Origin: an uncultured Acidobacteriota bacterium
GTDB taxonomy: Bacteria; Acidobacteriota; UBA6911; RPQK01; JAPXNP01
Direction of reading: 5' to 3'
NCBI GenBank assembly: GCA_963777605.1
Contig: CAVZRV010000031.1
Coordinates: 320,001-384,000 of the forward strand
DNA: 64,000 bases
The position numbers and the translations under genes are program-made. Below are positions 10,231 through 21,322 of the stretch, in pieces (positions within the stretch are counted from its first letter, which is position 1; each line of letters starts with the position of its first letter). Under the pieces are notes generated by a model. The model was not told the DNA's origin and did not search any database. It saw nothing but the letters and a program-made list of their open reading frames with translations.

Positions 10231-10316
10231 CCAAAACGTGAGGTGACAGCCCGCCGCTCCCGGAATTTGGTTATTGGTACTTCACGAATCCACGTTGGAT
10301 ACTTGAAGCAGTGAAA

Positions 10317-11654
10317 ATGAAGAACTTGCAGACGATGATTAGCCTGCTCCGGTCTCTTGCCCTGATAGGTTCGATCTTTTCCCTCGGGATCGGATCACTT
10401 TGCGCTGCCGGTTCCGACGATCCGGTGACAAGCGACTACTTCGTGGACAACCCTCAGCTGGGGGAGTACATCGAGAGGTCGCTGACGCATCACCCCGGTC
10501 TGCAGGAAGTACTGGCCCGGTACCGCGCAGCACTTCAAAAGGCGCCTCAGGTCGATTCCCTTCCCGACCCGATGCTCAATTTCACCCAGTTCGTCCGCAG
10601 CGTGGAAACCCGGGTCGGCCCCCAGGTCAACATCGTCAACCTGAGCCAGAAGTTCCCCTGGTTCGGAAAGCTCGACCTTCAGGGACAAATCGCAATCAAG
10701 CAGGCCGTCGTTGACTACCAACAGTACCGGGCGCTCGAACGCGACCTGATCGCCCAGGTCAAAGCCGCCTATTACGAACTGCTCTACGTCGATCGCGCCC
10801 TGCGAATCACGGCGGAAGAGCAATCACTGCACGATCATTATGAGAAGCTGGCCCAGTCCCGTTACGCCAGCGGCGACGGCCTCCAGCAGGGCGTGATCAA
10901 GATCCAGACCGAGCTCACCAAGCTGGTCGACCGGACCAAGCTGCTGACGCTGCAGCGGGGGTCGGTCATCGCCCAGCTCAATACGCTGATGGATCGGCCA
11001 CCGGAATCCGCGATTGCGGTCTCGGACACGTCCCAGCTTCCCAAGGTCAGCCTCAACCTGGAGGAGTTGTACCACCTCGGTGAGTTTCACCGACCGGAGT
11101 TGAAGGCGTCGATGGCCCGGATCGAGAAGAGCGAACGGGCCGTCGCACTGGAGAAAAAGAGCTACTGGCCCGACGTCACAGTGGGGGCCGGGTTCATCAA
11201 TGTTCAGGGTCGCGAGGACGCGGCCGGCATTGCCCAGCCTCCGCCCGACAACGGCAAGAATGCCTTCAACTTTTCGGTCGGCATCAACATTCCGATCTGG
11301 CGCGACAAGTACCGGGCCGGGGTGGTGGAGGCGGCCGAGAACCTGATCGCCAGTAAAAAGAATTACGCCAACATCCGCAACAACATCAAACTGTCGATCC
11401 TCGACCAGGTTCTTCGCCTGCAGACACTCGAAGAACAGATCGGCCTCTATCGGGACGTACTGATTCCCCAGGCCGAGGAATCACTCAAATCGACCGAATC
11501 GGCCTATGAAACGGGCCAGGTCAAGGTCCTGGACTTACTCGACAGCGAGCGCCTGCTGTTGTCTTCGCGACTGATGCAGGAACGCTATCGCATAGACTAC
11601 CTGAAAGCGCTCTCGGAACTGGAGCGGGCGGTGGGAACCCGGTTTCCCCGCTAA
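10317..11654 (+). CDS. cusC: TolC/CusC-family outer membrane efflux protein
   Basis: Signal peptide; LPDP..SQKFPWFGKL; YWPD..GINIPIW; AYETG..LDLLDSER. Confidence 0.88.
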   Translation: MKNLQTMISLLRSLALIGSIFSLGIGSLCAAGSDDPVTSDYFVDNPQLGEYIERSLTHHPGLQEVLARYRAALQKAPQVDSLPDPMLNFTQFVRSVETRVGPQVNIVNLSQKFPWFGKLDLQGQIAIKQAVVDYQQYRALERDLIAQVKAAYYELLYVDRALRITAEEQSLHDHYEKLAQSRYASGDGLQQGVIKIQTELTKLVDRTKLLTLQRGSVIAQLNTLMDRPPESAIAVSDTSQLPKVSLNLEELYHLGEFHRPELKASMARIEKSERAVALEKKSYWPDVTVGAGFINVQGREDAAGIAQPPPDNGKNAFNFSVGINIPIWRDKYRAGVVEAAENLIASKKNYANIRNNIKLSILDQVLRLQTLEEQIGLYRDVLIPQAEESLKSTESAYETGQVKVLDLLDSERLLLSSRLMQERYRIDYLKALSELERAVGTRFPR

Positions 11655-11670
11655 CGAGGGATCGCACACC

Positions 11671-13240
11671 ATGAAGAAAGGAATTCTGATCGGCTTGCTG
11701 TCGTTCCTGCTGGGAATCACGGCGGCTGTGGTCATATTACTGAACCCGATGGGCTGGTCCTGGGCCGGCAGTGCCCATCACTACGTGCTGGCCGCACTGC
11801 AAAAGGTGGAACCCGCCGGAGCCGAAGGAGAATCCGGACAACTCTACACCTGCGGCATGCACCCCCAGGTCATCCAGGACCATCCGGGGACCTGCCCCAT
11901 CTGCGGAATGGACCTCATCCCCCTGAAGTCGTCGACCGGCGGCGCCGGGGCCGCAGCCGAGAAAACCGAGTCGTCCGGCGAGCGGAAGATCCTTTACTAC
12001 CGCGCACCGATGGACCCGACCTACACCTCGGACAAACCGGGCAAGTCCCCTATGGGGATGGACCTGGTCCCGGTCTACGCCGATGAGCAAGGTGCTGAAG
12101 AGCCGAAGAACACAGTCCACATCGACCCCTCGTTCGTCCAGACGATCGGGGTCCAGACCGCGGTGGTCAAACGCCAGGACATCCCCTACACGGTCCGCAC
12201 GGTCGGCAACATCACCTACAACGACGAGCAACTCCACTGGGTCACCACCAAGTACGAGGGCTGGATCGAGAAGGTCTACGTCAACTACGTAGGGCGAGCC
12301 GGTCGAAAAGGGACAGAGGCTCTTCGAGATCTACAGCCCGCAACTGGTGACGACCCAGAAGGAGTACCTGGATGCCCTGGAGTACGCCGAGCGCCTGAGC
12401 ACCGGCGATTACGAGGACGTCAAGAGACGTGCACGGGCGCTCCTCGAGTCAACGCGGGAACGGCTTGCCTACTGGGATATCAGCGCCGAACAGATCGAAG
12501 ACCTGGAGAAAACTCGCAAACTCCGGCGAACCCTGACGGTCTTCTCGCCGACCGGGGGCCTGGTGGTCGAGAAGATGAACCAGTCGCTCGAGGGGATGTT
12601 CGTCAAACCCGGCATGAACCTCTACAAGATCGTCGATCTGTCGACCATCTGGGTTGAAGCAGAGGTCTTCGAGAACCAGATTCCCTGGCTGAAGATCGGG
12701 CAGTCGGCCCTGCTCGAGTTTCCCTATCAACCGGGGCGCAAGTACCGGGCCCGGGTGCGCTTCATCTACCCCTACTTCAACGACAAGACGAGGACGATGA
12801 AGCTCTCCCTGTCGCTGCCCAATCCCGGATTCGAGTTTCGCAAGGACATGTACGTGGACGTGACGTTCAACGTTCCGAGCGCCCACAACGTCATTGCGGT
12901 TCCGGATGAGGCGGTGATCTTCTCCGGCACCCGCAACCTGGTCGTGACCAGCGTCGGAGAGGGCGAGTTTCAGGTCAAGGAAGTGACCCTGGGCCTGCAC
13001 GGCGAGGGCCTGTACGAAGTCAAGGAGGGCCTCAAGGAAGGGGAGACCATCGTCACCTCATCCCAGTTCCTGATCGATTCGGAAAGCAGCCTGAAGGAGG
13101 CGATCCAGAAGCTGGTGGCAGTCCGGAAAACCGGACAGGCCGATTCAAAGGCCACCGGCCAGGAATCGCCTGAAACTTCCAAGGCTCCCATGAAGATGCC
13201 CATGCCGAAGGAAGAGCAGAAAACGCCGCAGCAGCGGTAA
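11671..13240 (+). CDS. cusB: CusB-like RND membrane fusion protein with metal-binding domains (frameshift near 12293)
   Basis: YTCGMHP..CPICGMDL; YYRAPMDP..PGKSPMGMDL; removing one G restores GEPVEKGQRLFEIYSP; SQFLIDSES. Confidence 0.88.
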
Positions 13241-13291
13241 TCGCCACGTCCGGGCGGTCAATCCGCCGGCACTCGCAATTAGAAGAGACTC

Positions 13292-16200
13292 ATGCTCGAA
13301 AAAATCATTGACTGGTCGATACGGAACAAGTTCTTCGTCATCCTCGCGACCCTTTTCGCAGTGCTGGCGGGCATCTATTCGATCCAGAACACGCCCGCTC
13401 GACGCCATTCCGGATCTGTCCGACGTCCAGGTCATCATCTACACCGATTATCCCGGCCAGGCCCCCCAGGTCGTCGAAGACCAGATCACCTACCCGATCA
13501 CGACCCAGATGCTGGCGGTGCCATTCGCGAAGGTGGTCCGCGGCTACTCCTTTTTCGGGTTCTCCTTCGTCTACATCATCTTCGAGGACGGAACCGACAT
13601 GTACTGGGCGCGCAGCCGGGTCCTGGAATACCTGAACTACGTTTCAGGACGGCTGCCCAAAGGGATTACCCCGTCACTCGGACCCGATGCCACCGGGGTG
13701 GGCTGGGCCTACATGTACGCCCTGAAGTCGAAGACCCGCAACCTGGCCGAACTGCGCAGCATCCAGGACTGGTTTCTGAAGTACGAGTTGACCTCGGTTG
13801 ACGGCGTCTCCGAGGTCGCCAGCATCGGCGGCTTCGTCAAGCAATACCAGATCACGGTCGATCCCAACAAACTGCGGGCCTACAACATTTCGATCTCCAA
13901 GATCCGCAACGCCGTCCAGCGGAGCAACAGCGACGTGGGCGGCCGGGTGCTGGAGATGGCCGAAACCGAGTTCATGATCCGGGGCCTGGGCTACATCGAA
14001 AACGCGGAGGACATCAAGGATATCGTCCTCGGCGTCGACCCCTCCGGGATCCCGATCCTGATGAGGGACGTCGCCATCGTCCAGATCGGCCCCGACATCC
14101 GCCGGGGCCTGGCCGAACTGGACGGTAAGGGGGAAACCGTTGGGGGGATCATCGTCGTTCGCTACGGCGCCAATGCGTACCAGGTCATCCAGGACGTCAA
14201 ACAGAAGATCGAGGATCTGAAACAGGGGCTGCCGAAAGACGTCGAGATCGTCCCGGTCTATGACCGGACCAACCTGATCGAGCGATCGGTTAGCACGCTG
14301 AAGGAGAAGCTGATCGAGGAGGGCCTGGCGGTTGCCCTGATCTGCATCCTCTTCCTGCTCCACTTCCGCTCCTCCCTGGTCGCCATCATCACGCTCCCGA
14401 TCGCCGTCCTGATGGCCTTCACCATCATGCACTACCAGGGCATCAACGCGAACATCATGTCGCTGGGGGGGATTGCCATCGCTGTGGGGGCCATGGTCGA
14501 TGCCGCCATCATCATGATCGAGAATGCCCACAAGCACCTCGAACAGGACCAGGGGAAGAAGGATCACTGGCAGATCATTGCCGATTCCGCCAAGGAAGTG
14601 GGCCCGACGCTGTTCTTCGCCCTCCTGGTCATCACCGTGTCCTTCGCCCCCGTCTTCACCCTGGAAGCCCAGGAAGGCCGTCTCTTCAAGCCCCTGGCCT
14701 ACACCAAGACTTACTCCATGGCGATGGCCTCGATTCTGGCGGTCACCATCGTGCCGGTGCTGATGGGCTACTGGATCCGGGGGAAGATCCGCTCGGAGGA
14801 ACGGAACCCGATCAGCCGGTTGCTGATTTGGATCTACGATCCGTTGCTTCACTTCATGCTCCGCTGGAAGTGGGTCGTCCTCCTGGTGGCGCTGTTAATC
14901 GTGGTCTCGATCTACATTCCCTACACCCATATCGGCTCGGAGTTCATGCCGCCGCTCTGGGAAGGGGACCTGCTCTACATGCCGACCACACTGCCCGGCA
15001 TTTCGATCACCAAGGCCCGAGAACTGCTCCAGCAGACCGACAAGATCATCGCGACGTTCCCCGAGGTGGAACGCGTCTTCGGCAAGGTCGGCCGGGCCGA
15101 CACGGCGACCGATCCCGCGCCCTTGTCCATGATTGAAACCACCATCACGCTCAAGCCCGAGGAGGAGTGGCGGCCGGGGATGACTCCGAAGAAACTGATC
15201 GCCGAGATGAACCAGGCCATCCAGTTCCCGGGCGTCACCAACGCCTGGACGATGCCCATCAAGACGCGCATCGACATGCTGTCGACCGGAATCAAGACAC
15301 CGGTCGGCATCAAGCTTTCAGGGCCGAATCTCCAGGTGTTGGAGGATGTCGGCAAGGAGGTTGAAGCCGTCGTCCGCAAGGTCCCCGGGACACTGTCGGT
15401 CTACGCGGAACGGGTCATGGGGGGCAACTTCCTCGACTTCGACATCGATCGGAAGGCGCTGGCCCGCTACGGTTTGACCGTGGGCGATGTCCAGGACGTG
15501 ATCCAGTCGGCTATCGGTGGGATGAACCTGACCACGACCGTGGAAGGACTGGAACGCTATCCGGTCAATCTCCGCTACAGCCGGGAACTGCGCGACAACA
15601 TCCAGGATCTGAAGGAGGTCCTGGTCGTCGACGCCCAACGGCGCCCAGGTGCCCCTCGGCTACCTGGCCAAAGTCGAGATCAAGAAGGGCGCTCCGTCGA
15701 TCAAGACCGAAAACTCGCGGCCCAATGCCTGGATCTACGTGGACATCTCCGACGTCGACGTCGGCACCTACGTCACCATGGCCCGTCGGGCCGTCGCCGA
15801 GCAGGTCCAGATCCCGGCCGGCTACAACCTGGTCTGGAGCGGACAGTTCGAGTACATGCAGCGGGCCCAGAAGCGCCTCATGTACGTGATTCCGATGACG
15901 CTGATGATCATCTTCGTCATCATCTATCTCAACACACAATCGGTGTTCGAAACCCTGATCGTCTTTCTCGCGGTGCCCTTCTCGCTGGTCGGGTGCATTC
16001 TGGTTCATCTGGCTATTGGGCTACGACATGAGTATCGCCGTCTGGGTGGGAATCATCGCGCTCGCAGGCCTTGACGCGGAGACTGGCGTGGTCATGCTCC
16101 TCTACCTGGACGTGGCTCACGAGAAGATGGTCAAGGAAGGTCGCATGAACTGGTTGCGGGACCTGGTCGAGGCCATCTACCACGGCGCCGTGCACCGGGT

Positions 16201-16435
16201 GCGGCCCAAGATCATGACCGCCAGCGTCATCCTGGCCGGGCTGCTCCCCATCATGTGGAGCCACGGCACGGGGGCCGACGTCATGAAACGCATCGCCGCC
16301 CCCATGGTGGGGGGCGTCGTGACCTCGGTCATCATGGAACTGGGCGTCTACCCGGTCATTTACTACATCTGGAAAGGATGGAAGCTGAAAGATGCTCCCG
16401 ACGAACCGGTTCAGGAAGAATCCGTTGTTGTATAG
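13292..16435 (+). CDS. cusA: CusA/SilA heavy-metal RND permease (frameshifts near 13395, 15627 and 15992)
   Basis: LDAIPDLSDVQV, SLGPDATGVGW, GAMVDAAIIMIEN, LYMPTT, PLSMIET, WTMPIKTRIDM, RVRPKIMT. Four ORF pieces join when single bases are removed. Confidence 0.93.
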
Positions 16436-17126
16436 ATTGTTTTGGGCGGTCGTCACCGTCGGGTTTCTGAGTGTCGGCGGCGCAGCAGCCGCCGGATCGA
16501 TCCACGTCCGCCATGATCACGATCCGTGGGGTGGATGTGAAGGAGAACTCACCGTCGATGATTCCGGCATCCAGTACCACAGTGAAGAAAAGCCGGAACA
16601 CGACCGGGACTGGACCTGGCTCGATATCCAGGCCGTGGATCGACGCTCCCCGGATCGCTTTATGATCCTGACTTACAAGGCTCAGAAATGGCTGCTGGGA
16701 AGAGACCGTCCCTGGGATTTCAACGTGCTGGATCCAGACTCCGCAGGACTCAGTGACGACCTGTTCCGCATCATCATGACCCGCCTGGAACGGCCCGTGG
16801 TCAACCGCGAGGCGCGACCGATCGACGTCCTCTACGAGGTGCCGGTCAAGCACCTGCACACCTTTGGCGGCTGCGAGGGCACGCTCCGGTTTGGAAAGGA
16901 CTGGATCGTCTATGCCACCGATCACGCGGAGGATCAGCGATCCTGGCGCCGCAACGTGGAAATCGCCAACCTGTGGTCCACGGGGAGGTATGATTTAGAG
17001 ATCGAGGTCTACGAAAAAGAAGGGGAAGACCTTCTGCGAACCCGCTCCTTTCGCTTCGAGTTGAAACGCCCTTTGGACGAGGACTTTTACGAGCAACTCA
17101 AGCGGGAGATGCTGCCTTCGAGGTAA
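16425..17126 (+). CDS. Secreted protein with two HxH-x2/3-GGCEG repeats
   Basis: TTG start overlapping the cusA end; signal peptide; VRHDHDPWGGCEGELTV and VKHLHTFGGCEGTLRF. Confidence 0.75.
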   Translation: MLYRLFWAVVTVGFLSVGGAAAAGSIHVRHDHDPWGGCEGELTVDDSGIQYHSEEKPEHDRDWTWLDIQAVDRRSPDRFMILTYKAQKWLLGRDRPWDFNVLDPDSAGLSDDLFRIIMTRLERPVVNREARPIDVLYEVPVKHLHTFGGCEGTLRFGKDWIVYATDHAEDQRSWRRNVEIANLWSTGRYDLEIEVYEKEGEDLLRTRSFRFELKRPLDEDFYEQLKREMLPSR

Positions 17127-17129
17127 ACC

Positions 17130-17621
17130 ATGTGGAAACAAATCCTTGCCGGCGTTGTGATCCTGGCCCTGGCCGGGGCCGCCGCCTACCGGTACTGGCC
17201 CGAGGAGATGCCGGTCTGCCAGATCTGCCGCCGTCCCATGCATGCATCGACCTCGTTTTTCGTGACCCTCCAGGACGGGCAGGAAGTGGAACTTTGCTGC
17301 CCCCGATGTGGGCTCCGTTTCCAGCAGGGACGCGACGATGTCCGTTCGATTGAAGTCACCGACTACCTGAGCCACCGCCGCCTCCAGGCTTCAGATGCGA
17401 TCTATGTCTCAGGGAGCTCCGTTCATCCCTGCTGCTCTCCGGAGGAGATCCTCAAAGACCAGGCCGGGATCGAGTACGAAAGGACCTGGGATCGCTGCCT
17501 CCCCAGCGTCATTGCCTTCAGTTCGCGAAAAGACGCCGAGGACTTCCGACTCGAACACGGCGGCGAACTCAGGACCTACGCAGAACTCCAGGCAGAGGAA
17601 TCCAACAACAGCGGGGTTTAG
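17130..17621 (+). CDS. NosL-like Cys-rich membrane-anchored metal chaperone
   Basis: CQICRRPMH, CCPRC, VTDY..A.YV.GS, AF..A..F..HGG (NosL-like pattern). Confidence 0.72.
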   Translation: MWKQILAGVVILALAGAAAYRYWPEEMPVCQICRRPMHASTSFFVTLQDGQEVELCCPRCGLRFQQGRDDVRSIEVTDYLSHRRLQASDAIYVSGSSVHPCCSPEEILKDQAGIEYERTWDRCLPSVIAFSSRKDAEDFRLEHGGELRTYAELQAEESNNSGV

Positions 17622-17746
17622 TCGGCGGTCAGACCGGTCCGACTCGACCGAAAGGTCGGACAGGTCAGGCCAGTTGTCAGCCCTGTCAGGCGAAGCTCCT
17701 GTTTCCATCCACACCCTGTCCTGCCGGCCAATCTAAAAATTACTCT

Positions 17747-17784
17747 TGCACTTTGCGCAAAAGCGTTGATAATAATATTAATAA
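17747..17784 (+). promoter_or_regulatory. Putative sigma70 promoter with an overlapping Fur-family-like AT-rich box
   Basis: TTGCAC..TG-A-TAATAA; TTGATAATAATATTAATAA. Confidence 0.35.
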
Positions 17785-18105
17785 GCCAATGTAGCGATCA
17801 CTATTGTGTAATCATCGCCGCCCCGAGGCAACGCGATCTTCCCTCCCGGATCCCGAATTCTGCCGGTGGTCCATTGGCCGATCGTTTCCATGTGATCCCA
17901 TTCTCCGGCGATTCAGGAGCACAGAATCCCGGAATCCGGCGTGATTGAGGTCCTTGCCTGCCGGGTGCAGCAGCAATCACAACCCGTCACCGGAGATCGC
18001 AGCCTTCGCTTTCAGCCGATTTCGGCCGGGCTTCGATTCTCTTGAGCGGCATTAAGCCGCGGAACGATGATACTTAGCAGGACTCCAGATTCGAGAGGAA
18101 AAACC

Positions 18106-19491
18106 ATGATAGACATGGAACCATACCAACCGGGCAACCACCAATTCCCCATCCTTGCTGCGCAACTCCAGCCGGAGCAAACGCCGGCTCATCGGCAACT
18201 CAGAGGGGGCGAGTTCTGGAGACAGATTCCAGCCTACCGGGACATAGCCGAATCTCAATTCAACGACCATGCGTGGCAGTTGAAGCATTCGGTCACGAAC
18301 ACACGCGAGTTGTTCGAAACCGTACAAGGTATGGCGGACCCCGCCTTCCTTCAGGACGCGGCCGCAGGATTCCTCAATGCCCCCATGGCGATCCGGGTGA
18401 CCCCGTACCTGATCGGGCTGATCGACTGGAACGATCCCTATCGCGATCCACTTCGGAAACAGTACATTCCCGTCTCGTCCGAGCAGAGGTTCGACCATCC
18501 GGAACTCGAGATGGATTCGCTGCACGAACAGGCCGGCTCTCCGGTTGCGGGCCTGACTCACCGATATCCGGACAAAGTCCTCCTGCTGGCACTGGATCAC
18601 TGTCCGGTCTACTGTCGCTATTGCACCCGGAGCTACGCCGTCGGGGGAAGTACCGGTACCGTGGAAAAGCGGAAACTCGGCCGGGCGAAGGACCGGCTCG
18701 AATCAGCGTTTGCCTACATTGCATCCCGGCCGGAAATCGAGGATGTGGTCGTCAGCGGAGGCGACACTGCGATGCTCCGTCCGGAGAGGATCAGGTGGAT
18801 AGGGGAAACTTTGCTCGGAATGGAAAACATCTGCCGGATCCGCTTCGCGACCAAGGCTCCCGCGATCCTTCCTCAGAAGATCCTGACCGATCTCGAGTGG
18901 TACCGTGCCATCGCGGACGTTCACCGGCTTGGCCGACAGCTTCATAAGGAAGTCTGCGTCCATACCCATTTCAGCCATCCAAACGAGGTCACTGAGATCT
19001 CCCAGAGGGCAATGAACCGGTTTATGGAAGACGGAATCACCGTCCGGAATCAGGCTGTTCTTCAGCGCAACGTCAATGACAGTGCCGAAACCATGATTCT
19101 CTTGATCCGCAGGTTGTCTTACCTGAACGTTCAGCCTTACTACGTGTACATGCACGACCTCGTCAAAGGCGTCGAAGACCTCCGCACTCCTCTTTCGGCG
19201 GGAATCAACATCGAGAAGCGCGTCCGTGGAACGACCGCCGGGTTCAACACTCCCTCCTTTGTTGTCGATCTCCCCGGGGGCGGAGGAAAGCGATCCGTTC
19301 ACAGTTTCGAGCACTACAATCGGGAGACCGGGATCTCGGTGTTCATCTCGCCCAGCGTCAACGGTGAGAAGCTGTTCCTCTATTACGACCCGGTACATGC
19401 CCTTTCTCCCGCAATCCAGCGGGACTGGTTCGACTCGGATCGACGACGGGAAATGATCGCCGCAGCCCTGGAGGCATTTGAGTGTCTATAA
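18106..19491 (+). CDS. kamA: KamA-family radical SAM aminomutase (lysine 2,3-aminomutase-like)
   Basis: THRYPDKVL, CPVYCRYCTR, VVSGGD, NQAVL, PYY, PGGGGK (PLP lysine). Confidence 0.9.
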   Translation: MIDMEPYQPGNHQFPILAAQLQPEQTPAHRQLRGGEFWRQIPAYRDIAESQFNDHAWQLKHSVTNTRELFETVQGMADPAFLQDAAAGFLNAPMAIRVTPYLIGLIDWNDPYRDPLRKQYIPVSSEQRFDHPELEMDSLHEQAGSPVAGLTHRYPDKVLLLALDHCPVYCRYCTRSYAVGGSTGTVEKRKLGRAKDRLESAFAYIASRPEIEDVVVSGGDTAMLRPERIRWIGETLLGMENICRIRFATKAPAILPQKILTDLEWYRAIADVHRLGRQLHKEVCVHTHFSHPNEVTEISQRAMNRFMEDGITVRNQAVLQRNVNDSAETMILLIRRLSYLNVQPYYVYMHDLVKGVEDLRTPLSAGINIEKRVRGTTAGFNTPSFVVDLPGGGGKRSVHSFEHYNRETGISVFISPSVNGEKLFLYYDPVHALSPAIQRDWFDSDRRREMIAAALEAFECL

Positions 19492-19529
19492 TGGGCGCAC
19501 GAGCCTCTTAAACCACTTGGAGTGCTGCA

Positions 19530-20024
19530 ATGACCAAAAAGAAGGTCGCCATGATCGGGGCCTACGCGGTCGGCAAGACCAGCCTCGTTCGTCAGTTCGT
19601 GCGCTCACTTTTCGATGAGAAGTACCACAGCACGATCGGAGTGAAAATCGACGAGAAGGAGGTCCGAATCGGAGAGACCGAGGTCAAGCTGATGATCTGG
19701 GATATCGCCGGCGCCGAGGACCGTTTTTCGGTCCCCCTTTCCTACGTTCGGGGAACCTCCGGAATCCTTCTGGTAATCGACGGAACGAGACCCGAGACCC
19801 TGGACCGGGCGTTGGATCTCGTCGAGGAGATTGAGTCCGACATGGATCGCGTCCCCATCGTCGTCGTGCTCAACAAGAGTGATTTGACCGGCGACTGGAA
19901 ATTGGGACAGCAGGAACTGACCAGGCTCGACGTGCTCGACTGTCCACATTACCTGGGAAGCGCCAAGACGGGTGCTGGAGTTGAGGCTGCCTTCCGGGAT
20001 TTGGCCCGGCAAATCATCGACTAG
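19530..20024 (+). CDS. Ras-superfamily, Rab-like small GTPase
   Basis: G1 GAYAVGKT, G2 STIGV, G3 WDIAG, G4 NKSD, G5 SAK. Confidence 0.92.
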   Translation: MTKKKVAMIGAYAVGKTSLVRQFVRSLFDEKYHSTIGVKIDEKEVRIGETEVKLMIWDIAGAEDRFSVPLSYVRGTSGILLVIDGTRPETLDRALDLVEEIESDMDRVPIVVVLNKSDLTGDWKLGQQELTRLDVLDCPHYLGSAKTGAGVEAAFRDLARQIID

Positions 20025-21208
20025 AGTTCGACGACTGTCTCGGCGCAGGCCAATTCAAGACGACAGCCGCCGTCCAGGTTGCGTTGCAGTGCCTCATCAA
20101 TCCAGTTGCGTTCCGACCAATCCCGGTTCGGGTCATGGTGGCCAATGAGGGTCCGTTTCACGCGACAGCTTCGTGCCATCTCCTGAACGTCCTCGATGCA
20201 ACTGTGCCCCCAGTCCTGCCTCGGGACTGCGGAGGAGCTGCTGACACCTTTGATCCCGTCGTATTCAGCGCGCAGGAATTGCCCATCGCGGTAGAGGAGA
20301 TCGACGTCCATCGAGTTCCGGACGACTCGCTCTTCCGCTTCGAGGCTGGCCTTCTGCAAGGGGTCGTCGGAATCACCTCCCCGCCGGAGTTCATGATCCG
20401 TGCAAAACACGAAGACCTTTCCGCCGCGTTCGATTCGGTAGGCCAGACAGGGCGCCGGGTGAAAAACCTCGAAGGGGGCAATTCGGGTTTGACCCAACTG
20501 GATCGGGTCATGCAGGTGGTGGAAGCGCTGCGTGAGGCGGTCGCCCTTCCCGGGCGGCGTCTGTTCGAGATCACGAATCTCACAGGCTTCAAATTTCGTC
20601 GGCATCAGGCTGAAGAAGAGCGGGGTCTGAACCCCCTTCAAGGTCTCGTCGACATGTTTCGAGAAAATGCCCAGGTTGGTGTCCAACGATTTCAGAAACT
20701 GCCGGTTTCCGTGGATGTGCAGGGTGTTCCTCGGGTCAAAGCAAACGGCGGCCTGGTCAAATCCCTCGGTGTGGTCCAGGTGCGAATGGCTACCAAAGAT
20801 GTACAGTTCCCGCCCTGGACGATCAGCCCACTTGGCCTGGAGGTCCTTGGCGCAGTTGCGAAATCCGCTCCCGCAATCGAGCACGATATCGTAGCCGTCA
20901 GCGGTTTCAATTCGGACGCAGGTTGTCCAGCCCCCGTAGCTCCGGATTACGCGTCGGTCGAACCGGTTCCGGTAGGCCCGCAGGTTCCGTCGATTCACCG
21001 GCCCTCCGAGAAGGTCCTCAATTCGGAAGCGGATTTCCCCGGAAGTGGGTTCGGTGAATCGACTGAGATCGTTGAATACGGTTTGCAGTAGCTCGGTCTC
21101 GAGAAGTTCGCGCTGTGCAGCCCTCTCCGCCTGGTCAGGAAAGACAGACCCGCTGCCCTGGGTTCCGTAGAATCGAATCCGTAAGTTCAAAATCGGCTCA
21201 CTTACCAT
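20021..21208 (-). CDS. MBL-fold metallo-hydrolase (RNase Z / cyclic nucleotide phosphodiesterase-like)
   Basis: FYGTQGS, GGWTTCV, LDCGSG, HSHLDH, TDHE, WGHS, HHDP. Confidence 0.85.
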   Translation of the reverse strand: MVSEPILNLRIRFYGTQGSGSVFPDQAERAAQRELLETELLQTVFNDLSRFTEPTSGEIRFRIEDLLGGPVNRRNLRAYRNRFDRRVIRSYGGWTTCVRIETADGYDIVLDCGSGFRNCAKDLQAKWADRPGRELYIFGSHSHLDHTEGFDQAAVCFDPRNTLHIHGNRQFLKSLDTNLGIFSKHVDETLKGVQTPLFFSLMPTKFEACEIRDLEQTPPGKGDRLTQRFHHLHDPIQLGQTRIAPFEVFHPAPCLAYRIERGGKVFVFCTDHELRRGGDSDDPLQKASLEAEERVVRNSMDVDLLYRDGQFLRAEYDGIKGVSSSSAVPRQDWGHSCIEDVQEMARSCRVKRTLIGHHDPNRDWSERNWIDEALQRNLDGGCRLELACAETVVEL

Positions 21209-21322
21209 TGCTACCTCAATTTCCCGTTGAGTCCACTTCCCAAAGCACCCAGACTCGCAACGCCCGTCCGGGCAGAACGCCCTGGGACTTCCTCTGAAAA
21301 GGTCGAGTCAGCGACCCGACGA

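Noticed and set aside
13674-14852. Long antisense ORFs (also 20084..21091, 34074..35240, 42642..43859)
   Set aside because: Shadow frames of well-supported genes, expected in high-GC coding DNA.
11671-16435. Frameshifts in cusB and cusA as programmed frameshifting or pseudogenisation
   Set aside because: All four are single extra bases, three in short homopolymers (GGG, CCC, GGG), with no slippery heptamer. Similar breaks occur in many unrelated genes, so sequencing error is the simplest explanation.
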